Part shown: piece by piece, positions 1 to 12,964 of the stretch
How positions within the stretch are numbered: position 1 is the first letter of the stretch
How the letters are laid out: each line of letters starts with the position of its first letter
NCBI GenBank assembly: GCA_964016885.1
Contig: OZ024746.1
Coordinates: forward strand, 34,410,001-34,474,000
Source of the DNA: Eledone cirrhosa
Lineage: Eukaryota
DNA: 64,000 bases
Reading direction: 5' to 3'
Notes under the pieces: model-generated
Told to the model about the DNA's origin: nothing
The model's database searches: none
The model's input: the letters and a program-made list of their open reading frames with translations, nothing else
Translations under genes and position numbers: made by a program

Positions 1-378
1 GAAGAGTAATTCAGACTTACTTCTAATATGTTTGTTTATATTATTTAATATTTTTTATGGCTAGCAAGACCTATTTCAATCTTAGCAGGGTTGATTAATC
101 TACAACTAGCACGATTAATAAAATGAGGTTTGTGATCTTTGAAGGTGATATAACCATTACGTTATGCACATTTTTCTGTTCTATTGTCTATTTTTAAAAA
201 ACTAGAAAATTATTTAGCTTGCTTATTTATTTTATTATAGGTGTTTATATTAGCTATTTGCAATTTAGAGGTGATGTTATCTGTTAAGAGTTGGTCATGT
301 AAGTTATTATTAAGTTCGTATAAGTTTTTAGTTTTGTCAGAGAAAATGAACTTATTTTTAGAAGATTTGAATATTGTA
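1..378 (-). pseudogene. Naiad-type Penelope-like element, N-terminal RT fragment
   Basis: Minus strand reads [11 protein letters not shown]...INKQAK, then (frameshifted) ITFKDHKPHFINRASCRLINPAKIEIG. This parallels KADKTSNVY/LKDHK/LICPFKSDIG at 34470-34750. It abuts (TA)n. Confidence 0.75.
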
Positions 379-419
379 TATATAAACATATATATATACA
401 TATATGTATATATATATAC

Positions 420-497
<78 letters not shown>

Positions 498-502
498 ATA
501 TA

Positions 503-668
503 TACATATCACATTATATCCGGAAAAAAAGGGTTCGAAAAATGCACCCTCTATATATATATGTATATATATATATATATATATATACAGGGTGCATTTT
601 TCGAACCCTGTTTTCCGTATATAACGTGATATGTATAGAACGTATTCTAACGTCCAGAATTTGTTCAC
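503..668. repeat. Short inverted repeat around a (TA)n spacer (probable PLE-end fold-back)
   Basis: 503-550 (...GGGTTCGAAAAATGCACCCT) is the near-perfect reverse complement of 589-635; an unpaired ~33-nt extension follows before (TA)n. Confidence 0.7.
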
Positions 669-687
669 TATATATATATTAATCGGT

Positions 688-2075
688 CATTCTCAGCCCC
701 TCACTCATCGACACAGTCTCCATCTCCTGCATCAAATCGTCTGCTTCCTTCACTGTGTTTGTCACCGGAACTGTGTCTTGGGAATATTCAGCATCCGATA
801 TCTTTTTCGTCTTAACTCTCCTGCTCTGAGCCGGTGTTACAGTAAAGTCAGAGTCCCGGTGTTTCTCCAGCGCAAGGCGCATATAATAGTCGGCTGCGAT
901 AATAAAAAGGTAAGGAGCCAGTGTATCTCCCTGGGGCATTCCAGCCAGTATCTCAAAGAAATCTGTCATCTCATCACCTGTTATGACTTCGACTTTGGTG
1001 TTGGTGTAGAGCAGTGATATGAGTTCCACTGTCTTCTTGTTGCTTCCATAAGCCTATATGAACTTCATCAGACAGTGATGGTCCACAGAATCAAAGCCCT
1101 TCCGCAAGTCAATGAAAATCATAACTGCAGGAAGGCACCTTTCTCTAGCTCCCACTAATATCCTTCTCAGCATCAAGATGTGACTGGTCGTTGATCATCC
1201 CTCTCTGAAGCCGTTCTGGTGATCCCTGACCTTCTTCTCCATCTCGGGTTGGATCCTGGTAAGAAACACCCTGTTCAGGGTCTTTACCACAGGTTACGTC
1301 AGTGAGATGCCCCTGTAGTTGTTGGTGTTAGAGAGATCCCTCATCTATGGCACTGGGACGATGTTACTGATCCTCTACTGATTCGGGGTAACTCCTTTCT
1401 CTAGAGATTAAGACGAAGTATCTGGTAGAATATATTAAGAAGCCAGAGAAGATTAATAATGCAGGCGGGAAGCCGCTAGAATTGGTTGAGAACTTGCTGT
1501 ATTTGGGAGCAAATATTGCGAACGCGGAAGTTGATGTGGTCGAGAGGAGGAAGAGTAAAGCCTGGGCGGCGTGCCACTACTTGAGATTGGTGTGGAATAT
1601 GGACCTTCGTAAAGACCTGTAGATCCGTCTTTTTCTTGCTGTAGTGGGGTCTGTGCTGCTGTACGGGCCTGAGACTTGGACACTAACCAAGAAACTCACT
1701 CAGATGGTGGATGGGTGCTACACGAGAATGCTGAGGATGGCTCTGAACATTAATCAGTATACACTGAGGATGAAAAACTCAGATCTGTACGGGAGCATCC
1801 CAAAAGTCAGCTCGAAAGTGGCACAAAGGAGACTGAGGTTAGCTGCACATGCTCACTGACATCTAGATTTGGCACTTCACTCAGTGCTCCTGTGGGAGCC
1901 CCTACATGGACACACTGGAAGAGAAAGACCACGGTTAATATTTGTTGATGTCCTAAGGACAGACACTTCTCTCTTCGAGACGCAGGACATGGCAGTGATA
2001 ATGAGGGACAGAGACTACTGGAGATTACTCGTCCATGGATCTCGGGATTTGTATGCGCCATAGATATAGACATAG
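688..2075. mobile_element. RTE-clade LINE, 5'-truncated with 5' inversion
   Basis: Minus 688-1403 encodes RT (NYRGISLT, GMPQGDTLAPYLF, ...GLRM). Plus 1404-2063 continues the same protein (IKTKYL...YLGANI...LLYGPETWTL). Flanked by ATATTAATCGGT at 676-687 and 2076-2087. Confidence 0.88.
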
Positions 2076-2760
2076 ATATTAATCGGTGAATTCTTATTGA
2101 ACTTTAGTTATATGTGCATATTCTTATACTGATAGAAGTGAAATTATATGCTTCCTGTAGTAGATGCCTACCTAAATACGTCCATATATTAAAATACATC
2201 TACAACTGTGCATGTAGAGACGCATACAAACACACACACACACTGCTTATATATATATACGCATTTATATATATATACAGTTATATGTTGTTCTATATAT
2301 GCGTATATGTTCAGACACAACCAGGATATATTAACTTTACCATCATAACATGTAGACACTTGCACAGCTATACGTAACACCCCTTTCTTTAGTGTCCAGT
2401 AAGCTAGTAACTCTCCCTTCCACCATCGACATCATTTATTAAATTTGTCTCCATATTCTCGCTTCCATGCACTCTCTGTTAATAATGCCACAATTATCAA
2501 TGTTCAATTGAGTATATAGTTAAGAGACGCAGTCACTTGCATTTTCAATTAATTTAGCGTCTGTATAGTACACGCCTCTTACTTGATAATCTTTTACTAG
2601 TCATTTATTTGAGTTTAGACGGTTTTACTTCCTTCTATCAGCTGTGTTTTGTGGTCTACTGTTCGATCTACTGCATTTTTCTTTTACTTTCTGTTAACAA
2701 TCAGTTATTATTTTTAATATCAGACTGGCACAAACGAAACCAGTGAAGCATATATTATTT

Positions 2761-2792
<32 letters not shown>

Positions 2793-3128
2793 TTTCATGG
2801 GCGAAAAAATGCATAACCGTACGAGTATCATATTCCTGGTGCATCCATCCATAGAATGGAGTAGGTATAGATATAAGGGCGATATTGGAAACAATTGATG
2901 ATTAAAAAAACGTATTAATATTTGATACGATTAAAATTTCTGGGCTATTAAGCACATATTTAGAGTGTGTACTATTCTTAAAATATGTATAACCATTCAG
3001 CCGTTTGATGAATGTGGTCTACAAGCACAATCAGGTCGGTTGTTGTGGGATATTTAAAGATCTTAGCTATCTAATTGTAAAGAAATTCTGAATGGTTTAT
3101 TTAGAAATATAAAATTTCGAAGTCCTAA

Positions 3129-3183
<55 letters not shown>

Positions 3184-3594
3184 TCTCTCTCTCTCCCTCC
3201 TCCCTCTCTCTTCTGTGTGAAAAGACACAACTGCCATAACTACAGCTCTCACTATATACACGAGAGTGCATTTTTCCAGTCTCCCTCTCAACGGGAAAGT
3301 TGAAAAATACTTGCCTCAACACCTAATTCTAAATCTTTAATTCTAAGTTTTTAATTCTTATTAATTATTGTTAATTGTAGTACTCAACATTTGATAATAT
3401 GAATTGTTCTAATACGTCGAATCCTGTTATACGTTATATATATTATAACACTTTTTGTCAAAGAATTCTCCCTCTCATTTTTTCAATAATGTCGCTTTGA
3501 CGAATTAAAGCAATGAAAAAAAAAAAAAAAAAAAAAAAAACCCTTAAACATGTTTTCTGTACTATTTCCAATTTCACCTTTTCTCTCTCTCTCC

Positions 3595-4138
<544 letters not shown>

Positions 4139-4139
4139 G

Positions 4140-5556
4140 CCAGTCACGGTTCCATCCGCGCAGATCGACCACCTGCGGACCTGAGAGTTGCGGATCGGCG
4201 TTGCTCAGGCCTTCAGCTGCCCACCAAATCGCTTGCGCCAGTTAGGGAGTAGAGGTGGGGGGAGAACATCGCGGATCAGCTCACCCTCAGGGCGCCGGGC
4301 TGCGTGACCAAACCATCTTAAACGCCATTGCAGAAGCACTGAAGGAAGGGTCGAAGATTCAGGCGAAGTCGAAGACTGGTGGTAGGTACCCGATCAACGC
4401 ATCGGTAGCGAAGAATGCGGCGGAGACAATCATTGTCGAAGACCTCCAGCCCTCGTTGATCGACTACCCTCATAGGCCATGTTTCACAGCCATAGAGGAG
4501 GATAGTGCGAACGACGGCCTGGTAGTTTCGCCCTTTGGTCGCCGAGGTGATCTCTCTTCTGCCCCACAGACACCGCTGGAGGCGCCCGAAAGTGGATCTG
4601 GCAGCACCTATGCGACGCTTGACCTCGGCTGCGCCCTGTCCCGTTGGAACCACTGTTGAGCCGAGGGAAAACGAAGGACTCCACATCCACCAGGTCCACG
4701 CCCTCGAGAGATATCGGTTTCCAGGCATCAGGCGAGACCAGTGATGTCATGACGTTCGACTTGGCGACAATTATTCGTAGACCAACAACGGCGGCTGCAG
4801 TGTGCACCCTTTCGAGAGCACCTTGTACATTTGTCCCGTTAGCGCCCATCAGTACGATGTCATACGCGTAGGCCAGGTCCGTCACCACGACCCCTCTCCC
4901 GACCTCTACGCTCGGGTAATCCCGGAGCGCTGTGCTGAGAGTGTAGGCAATGGCGTAGTGCATGAGAGTTGGCGAAGCGCACACCCCTGCCGAACACCGG
5001 TCCCAACATCGAACGACTCGGTCTCCCCACCATAGACCCTCATTCGAGCCTGAGTCGACCGGTAGTAGCCTTGTATGAGACGAATCAGCTTCACTGGGAT
5101 TCCGTCCGCCCGCATTATACGCCATAGAGCTTCCCGATCTACCGAGTCGAAGGCAGCTGCAAGGTCGACGAAGCAGAGGATGGTAGGCTGTTGATGTGCC
5201 CACCGTTGTTCCAGAAACCGCCGCAAAAGTAATATTTGATCAACGTACCCTCTCCCCAGACGGAAGCCCTGAGAAGGACGGGTACGGACATCACGGATCG
5301 CCTGGAACCTCTTCAGCAGAAGAATTGCCAAGGTTTAGGCAGCAACGTCAATTAAACTGATACCCCTGTAGTTGGAGCACAGTTTCCTGTCGCCCTTTTT
5401 GAAGAAGGGTAGGAGAGTTGCCTCGCTCCTGTCACCACGGAAACGCTCCGTCGCCTACACCGAGGAGAAGACTCCATGGAGCCAAGCTGCGAAGACATCG
5501 GCCTTGTAGACCTAAGCTGGAACGCCATCTTCTTCGCCCGGCGCCTTGTTGTTCAG
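4140..5556 (-). mobile_element. RTE-clade LINE, decayed RT and C-terminal region
   Basis: Frameshifted ORFs: NYRGISLI, QGFRLGRG, FVDLAAAFDSVDR, GVRQGC, DLAYAYDIVL, LLYGCETWP. Confidence 0.9.
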
Positions 5557-5574
5557 TTTAAAGCTCTACCAACT

Positions 5575-5626
5575 GAAACCAGAATAAGCCCCTGCCAAAT
5601 GAGCCTTCTGACTTAAGACAGACTTT

Positions 5627-5632
<6 letters not shown>
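5575..5632 (+). mobile_element. 3' tail fragment of tRNA-derived SINE
   Basis: GCCAAATGAGCCTTCTG.CTTAAGACAGACTTTAGACTT matches the 3' end of the SINE at 33491-33768. Confidence 0.65.
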
Positions 5633-5677
<45 letters not shown>

Positions 5678-5681
<4 letters not shown>

Positions 5682-5954
5682 AAAATGGCGTGGACATACG
5701 CTACAACAGGAGGAAACATAATAGCACCACTCACGAAGTTGCAGATGTGCAACGAAAGCACTTTGTTAGACTATATTTATATATATTTTTATCTGTATTT
5801 TTAAATGTTGGTCAATAAATGATAAAAGTTGATTGTCAAATCAATTAACTATGGAGATATAACAGATACAGAAGCGAAAACCAAGCAAACGGTGAGCCTG
5901 TTCTGTTATTATTTCTGGCAATATTGTTATAAAAATATGACCTTCCCCAAGTAT

Positions 5955-5962
<8 letters not shown>
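5678..5962 (+). mobile_element. Old 3'-UTR fragment related to the PLE at 54444-58300
   Basis: Colinear with 57940-58245, including the GTTGCAGATGTGCAACGAAAG hairpin (HHR core decayed to CTCACGA). Flanked by (TA)n. Confidence 0.8.
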
Positions 5963-6045
<83 letters not shown>

Positions 6046-6050
<5 letters not shown>

Positions 6051-6497
6051 TTAATAATAAATTTGAAGACTAAAATCCAAAGACAGCTCGATAAGGATAA
6101 TTATATATCAAATATATAAGCGCCGTAGAGCAAATATTTATTAAAATATCAAGTTAAATTTTAAGGAAAGAATCGCTGCTTTCACACTTAACGGCATAGT
6201 CTGAAACTAAAGAGAAAAAAATAGAATTTCAGTCTACAACTTCAGTTATACCATAAACGTTGTTTGTCTTTGCGTGTAATTGTTCTCACGCACCAAATAA
6301 TGACGTATTATCTTCGTTTTTTCCGTTCTTTACCAGGGAACGTTTCCACCAAGAAAAGTATCGTCTTCCTGTCTTTCTTTTGTTGCAACGTATTTCGTAA
6401 TATTTATTTCTGCGTTCACAGATTGATTTTTTTTAGTTTCAGAAGATCCCGTTAAGGGTGAAAGTAGCGATTCTTTGCGTAAACTTTAATCTGTTAT
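6046..6497. repeat. Family A fold-back (plus arm 6046-6215, minus arm 6216-6497)
   Basis: Both arms match 3692-4050 in opposite orientations; (TA)n on both sides. Confidence 0.75.
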
Positions 6498-6816
6498 ATA
6501 TATATATATATATATTAGTCAAAAGGTAAAGAAAATGCTGACAAATTTTGCCAAGTGAAAAGTAGTTTAATTTGGAATAATTATAAATTAGTAATAAGTA
6601 TTAGTTAGTATTCAGTTTTAGTTTATATAGTTATTACCGGTTGCGCATTTGTTGCTTTTCAAAAATAATTTTGTGATTTTTGCTTAATCTGAATGTATAT
6701 ATAATGTATTTGGTAATAGATTGTATGATTAATTAAAAGCATGTTAAAGACATTACGCTATTGTTTTAAAGTAGTGACTATGTCACTTACTTCTTTTTTC
6801 AACAAACAAAGGGAGA

Positions 6817-6864
6817 TAAGCGGACAGATCTCTGTTTCATACTGTTGATATTCCTCAGAGCTTA
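6817..6864 (-). ncRNA. Type I hammerhead ribozyme motif
   Basis: Minus: TAAGCT-CTGAGGA-ATATcaacaGTAT-GAAA-CAGAgaTCTG-TC|CGCTTA; stems I, II and III can form. Confidence 0.7.
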
Positions 6865-7170
6865 GCACTCTCCTGGTGTGTTGAAAAATTATGAATGTTG
6901 GATTCTTATCGTCGGTCCAGCAATAATTGAAAATTAGAATTGGTGCTCTGAAATAGCGATGTGCATATGAATGTATATATCGTGTATTTGATAATACACT
7001 GTATGCTTAATTAAAAGCATTTTGAAGACCTTAGGCTATTGTTTCAAAGCAGTGACTATGTCACTTTTTTTTTTCAACAAACAAAGTTCCTGATTATTAT
7101 CAGTTCCTGATTATTACTGGAATTATATAAGAATACAACATTCATAATTTTTCAAGAGACAGAGGGGTGC

Positions 7171-7218
7171 TAAGCTCTGAGGAATACCAACAATATGAAA
7201 CAGAGATCTGTCAACTTA
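7171..7218 (+). ncRNA. Type I hammerhead ribozyme motif
   Basis: TAAGCT-CTGAGGA(7177-7183)-ATAccaacaaTAT-GAAA(7197-7200)-CAGAgaTCTG-TC|AACTTA. Confidence 0.7.
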
Positions 7219-7377
7219 TCTCCCTTTGTTTGTTGAAAAAAGAAGTGACATAGTCACTACTTTAAAACAATAGCGTAAGGTCTTCAAAGTGATTTTAATT
7301 AAGCATACAGTGTATTACCAAATACACTATATATACATTCATATATGCATCGCTATTTCAGAGGACCAATTGAAATT

Positions 7378-7423
<46 letters not shown>

Positions 7424-7455
7424 AGATCAAAAGATGGTTAAAGGAGTTCCATGTA

Positions 7456-7522
7456 TTTTATTATGCGCATTTCAAAAACAAACATCATCATGCAATAATA
7501 TTTGTGTTTTCATCAGATAAAA
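7456..7522 (-). ncRNA. Type I hammerhead ribozyme motif
   Basis: Reverse complement of the 8330-8396 motif. Confidence 0.75.
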
Positions 7523-8329
7523 CAGGAGAACATGATATGAAGGCTAAAAAACACTTGTGGATAGTGCAGTTTTAAATCAACATATGAAAAGTGGTTTTAG
7601 ATTGATGTGTGATATTGTGAAAAATATTTTGAAAACCGTTGGAAGATAATGTATAAATTAAAAGAATTTGAAAATTAACGAAGGGAAGATATGTACGAGG
7701 AAAAAATGTTTATTTAGGGAGGGGGGGGGGAGGATGAAAAAAGGGGGAGGAGATGAGAGTGAAGGTGGAGACGGAGAGATGGGTGATAGAGAGAAAGAGA
7801 TAGTTTTATAACTGAGAAAAAGATATATTGTTTTACATAGAGAGGTTGAGAACCGTAGAGAGGTTGAGAACGGTTCTCAACCTCTCTATGTAAAACAATA
7901 TATCTTTTTCTCAGTTATAAAAACTATCTCTTTCTCTCTATCACCCATCTCTCCCTCTCCACCTTCACTCTCATCTCCTCCCCCTTTTTTCATCCTTTCC
8001 ACCCCCCCCTCCCTAAATAAACATTTTTTCCTCGTACATATCTTCCCTTCGTTAATTTTCAAATTCTTTTAATTTATACATTATCTTCCAACGGTTTTCA
8101 ACCTCTCTATGTAAAACAATATATCTTCTCTCAGTTATAAAAACTATCTCTTTCTCTCTATCACCCATCTCTCCCTCTCATCTCCTCCCCTTTTTCATCC
8201 TTTCCACCCCCCTCTCTAAATAAAATATTTTTCCCAATATCACACATCAATCTAAAACCACTTTTCATATGTTGATTTAAAACTGCACTATCCACAAGTG
8301 TTTTTTAGCCTTCATATCATGTTCTCCTG

Positions 8330-8396
8330 TTTTATCTGATGAAAACACAAATATTATTGCATGATGATGTTTGTTTTTGAAATGCGCATAATAAAA
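8330..8396 (+). ncRNA. Type I hammerhead ribozyme motif
   Basis: TTTTAT-CTGATGA(8336-8342)-stem II (CAAATATTAT/ATGATGTTTG)-GAAA(8379-8382)-TGCGCA palindrome-TA|ATAAAA; 6-bp stem I. Confidence 0.78.
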
Positions 8397-8428
8397 TACA
8401 TGGAACTCCTTTAACCATCATTTGATCT

Positions 8429-8484
<56 letters not shown>

Positions 8485-8593
8485 TATATTATGTATACAA
8501 CAGTCCTACAAACTGTAGAGTGCTTCTTATCCGATATCTGCATTGCTTTATTGTACTACAATAAAACTCACCTCCTACATTATATATATATAT

Positions 8594-8664
<71 letters not shown>

Positions 8665-9142
8665 TGTTTCTATTTATTGCCACAAAGGCGCAAAAGAAGG
8701 GGACAAATACAAAAGGAGTAGATATATATTTGTGAGTGTCTCTGTGTGTGTGTGCCTTTGCTTGCGGTTACGTACGTGTGTATCTAGTGAAAGGTGCGAA
8801 TAGGTAACTTGATACAAAATATCATACATCTGAGACACGCCTCGTTGCACACGCTTCCAAATAATGCTCTCTTATTCCAGTGAATAAAAACATTGCATTG
8901 TCTCAATACCCATATGATAAAACACAGATGGGCAGTTGATAAACTCGTTTTCGAAATATTGTTATGATCTGCATAATGGCACATGCAATATTAAACAGTA
9001 AGACTAATTTTATTTGTAGGAGTGAATTTGTAATGATGCAAACGTTGCGATATTGGTTTCCTTACAATTAATAGCCAGAGAATTGTTTTTAATAGAGTAA
9101 TGGATGGAAGTGGCATATTTCGCTCTCTCCCTCTCTCTCTTT

Positions 9143-9200
<58 letters not shown>

Positions 9201-9208
9201 ATATATAT

Positions 9209-9423
9209 GAAGGCGTATGGCTGAGTTGGTTAGAGAATTGGGTTCACAATCGTGAGGTTATGAGTTCGATTCCCGGATCGGGTGATGCGTTATGTCCTTG
9301 AGCAAGACACTTTATTTCACATTGCTCCTTCTACCTGGAGTTGCGACCGATAGATAGTATCAGCAATTGGAAAGACCAATGGAAACATTGTTTCCTTGGT
9401 CCGATTTGACGAAAGTCGATCGA
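9209..9423 (+). mobile_element. tRNA-derived SINE with CORE-like body (family S1)
   Basis: A box TGGCTGAGTTGG, B box GAGTTCGATTCC, TGTCCTTGAGCAAGACACTT motif; homologous to 23322 and 33491. Confidence 0.85.
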
Positions 9424-9430
9424 ATTCTAC

Positions 9431-9464
<34 letters not shown>

Positions 9465-9644
9465 ATGGGTGGATGTGTGTGTGTGTGTGTGTGTATTAAC
9501 AATGAGTGATCGAAGATTCAATATGATACATTTTAAGCCTACTCACCCATACGAAGCGTTTCGTCAAGGAATAGCTGTGGGCGATATCCACAACACACTC
9601 GCGCACACACATACACACACACACATACACACACACGCACACGC

Positions 9645-9724
<80 letters not shown>

Positions 9725-10249
9725 TTATAATCTCAATTATATAAGGTTAATTAACTCTTAAATCTTTAACTTTTTCTTATCCAGAACGATATTTTAGAGT
9801 GTTGGTTGGGGTATTCTTCTCCCCTCTCGAATATAATACTTCCATTTGTTGGGTGATTTATCTTATTGTTATTTCCCAGGAAATTCAATGGTATAAGGGT
9901 TTATAGCATATCTATCACCTCCTCAACTGATGGCATGCCTAATCCACTTGACCCTTCATAGTCTTATTAGAAACTGTACATTAGTTTTTACTATAAGCTT
10001 TTTGCAGATATGAGACTTTATGATTCTGTCTCTCAACTGCTTGCTTTCAATGATCCTTAGGCATTTCTTTGTAAAAACTATACTTTTCATTAGCTTAGAC
10101 TATTATGGAGGTGGTATGAATTTATTACACTGTCATTTAACTCTTGCAATGAGTATATTTTTTGTACTTTTTTTCTCATTGAACATCCGATAATTTGATG
10201 AGGTTAACGCAATTCGTCTCTACACGGCAGCAGACATTCGTGGTGCAAC

Positions 10250-10378
10250 AGAAACCAATACGATCCAGAGGTTGGCTGATGAGGTCGGACTGTCCATAGG
10301 TTTGTTCATTGTTTTTTGCACCGTGAAAGGAAAATGAAAATAGAAAAAAAAGACGGATAGCCCGATCTCCTCAGACAA
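10250..10378 (+). pseudogene. Mariner-like transposase HTH remnant
   Basis: TIQRLADEVGLSIG then (frameshift) VHCFLHRERKMK; resembles the mariner second HTH preceding the WVPH motif. Confidence 0.5.
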
Positions 10379-11099
10379 ACTCTGGTAATGACAGATTGGG
10401 ATTGATTCAGATGTATGGTGGTTCTGAGTTTGTTTATACTACGTGGGTTTCAGGGAAAAGTATAAACTTATATACAGCTGACTGGAGGAAGCTAGAAAAA
10501 AGAAACAACAACAATGTACGATGAACGGAATAGAAAATGTTTATAACGGTTCTTTAAGATAAAACTAGAGGATTAGAAAGAATACGCCGAGGGAGAGATA
10601 ATGGTAGAACTAGAATTATAAATGCAGATGATTGCCTGAACATACATTTTCCAACAGTCATAAGAATTCATGAACATTAACAACCTTATATACGACTTTT
10701 TAATGTTAGAGAAAGAAACACAGTCTAGCTCATAAGACATACCTATAATTGTTTACTTATTCAGATTTATATAATATTGTGTACATGCTAATAGGGACTG
10801 GAGTTCAACAGGGTAGATACCAATACACCGCTTATGCAAATAAAAGTAGATTTGATGAAATGCAGTTGTATAAATTTATACACACTCACAATGTGAATGA
10901 CAAAACCGCATCACAGAAAAAACAAACAATAGAGAAAAAAAGATGATGCACCTTGAACAAAATACACATGAAGAGGAACACATAAACTGCCAAAGTACTA
11001 ATGATGAAATCAGAGAATATGTCAGTAAAAATATACGAAAATAATTTAAACCTACTTTTACTAACCTGAACAATGGCTGGTTTATTAACCTGAATAATG

Positions 11100-11310
11100 T
11101 ATTCTGATGTAGGTACAAGGCCAGCAATTGTGGAGGAGGGAAAATCGATTAAATCAACTCCTATTGATTACTGTTCCTATATATTATCCACCCGTAAAGA
11201 GGAAAGTCAAAGGTAAACTCAGCTGTATTTGAACTCGGTTCGTAATGGACCGTAACTCGATATCATAAAGCATGCTGCCCGACGCACTAATGTGACTGCC
11301 AATTCACAAC
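11100..11310 (-). mobile_element. SINE family S2 (Octopus OK-like), diverged
   Basis: GGTACAAGGCCAGCAATT, TTTGAACTC and ACTGCCAAT landmarks shared with 49393-49571. Confidence 0.7.
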
Positions 11311-12305
11311 CCTTGTTTATTAGAATAATAATATAAAAAAAGATTAATATAAAAGTATTTAATGTACACCCTGTGTTTTTAAATTGGCAAGAGGACATAC
11401 CCAATATACAACAATACATATGGTGTAATTTTCTAACGTCAAATTTCTATTTGCACCGCACCACACTGAACTTTGTCATTTTACATAATTTAGCTAGAAA
11501 GAGTATTTTCAAATAGAATATTGTAATCGCTTAAATTGGCATTTAAACGATTAATCATTTATTCGAATTTCAGCGTAGGCTTTACAAAAAAAAAAAAGGT
11601 AAAAAATCAATTTTATAACATGTTTCATTTACATTACAAATTGCACGCATTTGATATTGATTACTGGGGTAGGATATTTTGTGGAAAAGGCAAATTTATT
11701 AAATCCCTCCAAGTACTTGATTGTTTTATTTCATATATAACGGATGGATGCACTGTTTAAGTTGATCTCGGTTGAATTCGAACTCTCTATGTAAAGAGTT
11801 AGAAAATTTAGCTCAGTGGCTTATACTCTGACGCTTTACTAAATCTGTCAATACCCGAAGTTTACATCGAAACAGGTTTTAAGTATTTGATGCATTTGTC
11901 ATGAGCTTAAACTGCTGACTGATCATAAGTTAACTGCGAAATGTTGCAAAACATTTCCTTAAGCAATTATCGTATGTTAATGTAGGAAAACTATAGAAAA
12001 GTTAACGAGTATGACCCACTTCTTTCATTGGCCATTGATGAATGTCTAATGAAAAGAAATGTTGAATTTGTTTGTACTTAGATACAGAGACACACACCCA
12101 ACATACACACACACACGCGCATACCCAGTCACACGCAGAAACACACACAGGCGCACTCACACATACACAATACAAACATGTATATGTACATGCATACACA
12201 GTTATGCTAATATGTTTGAGGATGAAGATGTGTTTGAGGATGAAAATATGTTTTATGCATAGAAAAAGAGAGGCGTACTTACATCTACATATTTATGTGT
12301 GTGCG

Positions 12306-12350
<45 letters not shown>

Positions 12351-12964
12351 TTGTATATATGTGTGAGCATGTTTTTTACACACACATTTCGATACGTACA
12401 TATAAATGTGTCAGCGTTGTGTGTAGAGACATGTACGGAGATGTATGCATAATATTCAGACAAATTCGAATATATAAAAAAAGCATACAATTTTAAATTA
12501 CGATAACAAATATGATAAATGATGAAATGCGAATTGAAGGAGAAAAAATGGAAATACATATGAAATCAGTATAGATTTATCTTGTTTCAATCGAACGTGT
12601 TGACATACATGTAGGCACAATTTCACGTAATTCTTGATTTGATATGTAATTACAAAAGTATTCTTTACTTGTACTATAGTTTGAAAAAGGACAATTATAT
12701 TTTAGAATTTCTCTCCAAGAATTAACAATATAAGCGACATTTACAAGTGAATAGAACTCTAAATATTTAATTGGCATTCCGGAAAGAATTACCGGTTACA
12801 AAACAGCCTACTTTAATTCTATTTGTATTAATCTCTTATTCGGTTGGGCTTCCAAACAATATGTAATGTACATATTTTTTAGGGCCTGTTCATGGACTTG
12901 TTTTGTTTGAGTGCATATTTAAATATATATTTGGGTTGCATCTCTGGAATAGATGAAGAACAAG

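Larger units (their letters stand above)
6690..7378. mobile_element. Retrozyme-like element: ~278-nt tandem unit plus inverted copy
   Basis: 6690-6811 is repeated at 6968-7086; 7160-7378 is an inverted copy; each orientation carries an HHR motif. Confidence 0.65.
7421..8435. mobile_element. ~1-kb non-coding fold-back element with an HHR in each arm
   Basis: 7421-7853 is the reverse complement of 7873-8435 (right arm has an internal duplication ~8100-8230). (TA)n on both sides. Confidence 0.8.

Noticed and set aside
9209-9285. tRNA gene (also 23322, 33491)
   Set aside because: A and B boxes continue into a shared SINE body; no clean cloverleaf.
10276-10300. CTGATGAGGTCGGAC as a hammerhead
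   Set aside because: No GAAA/stem III in register; it falls in mariner-like coding sequence (ADEVGL).
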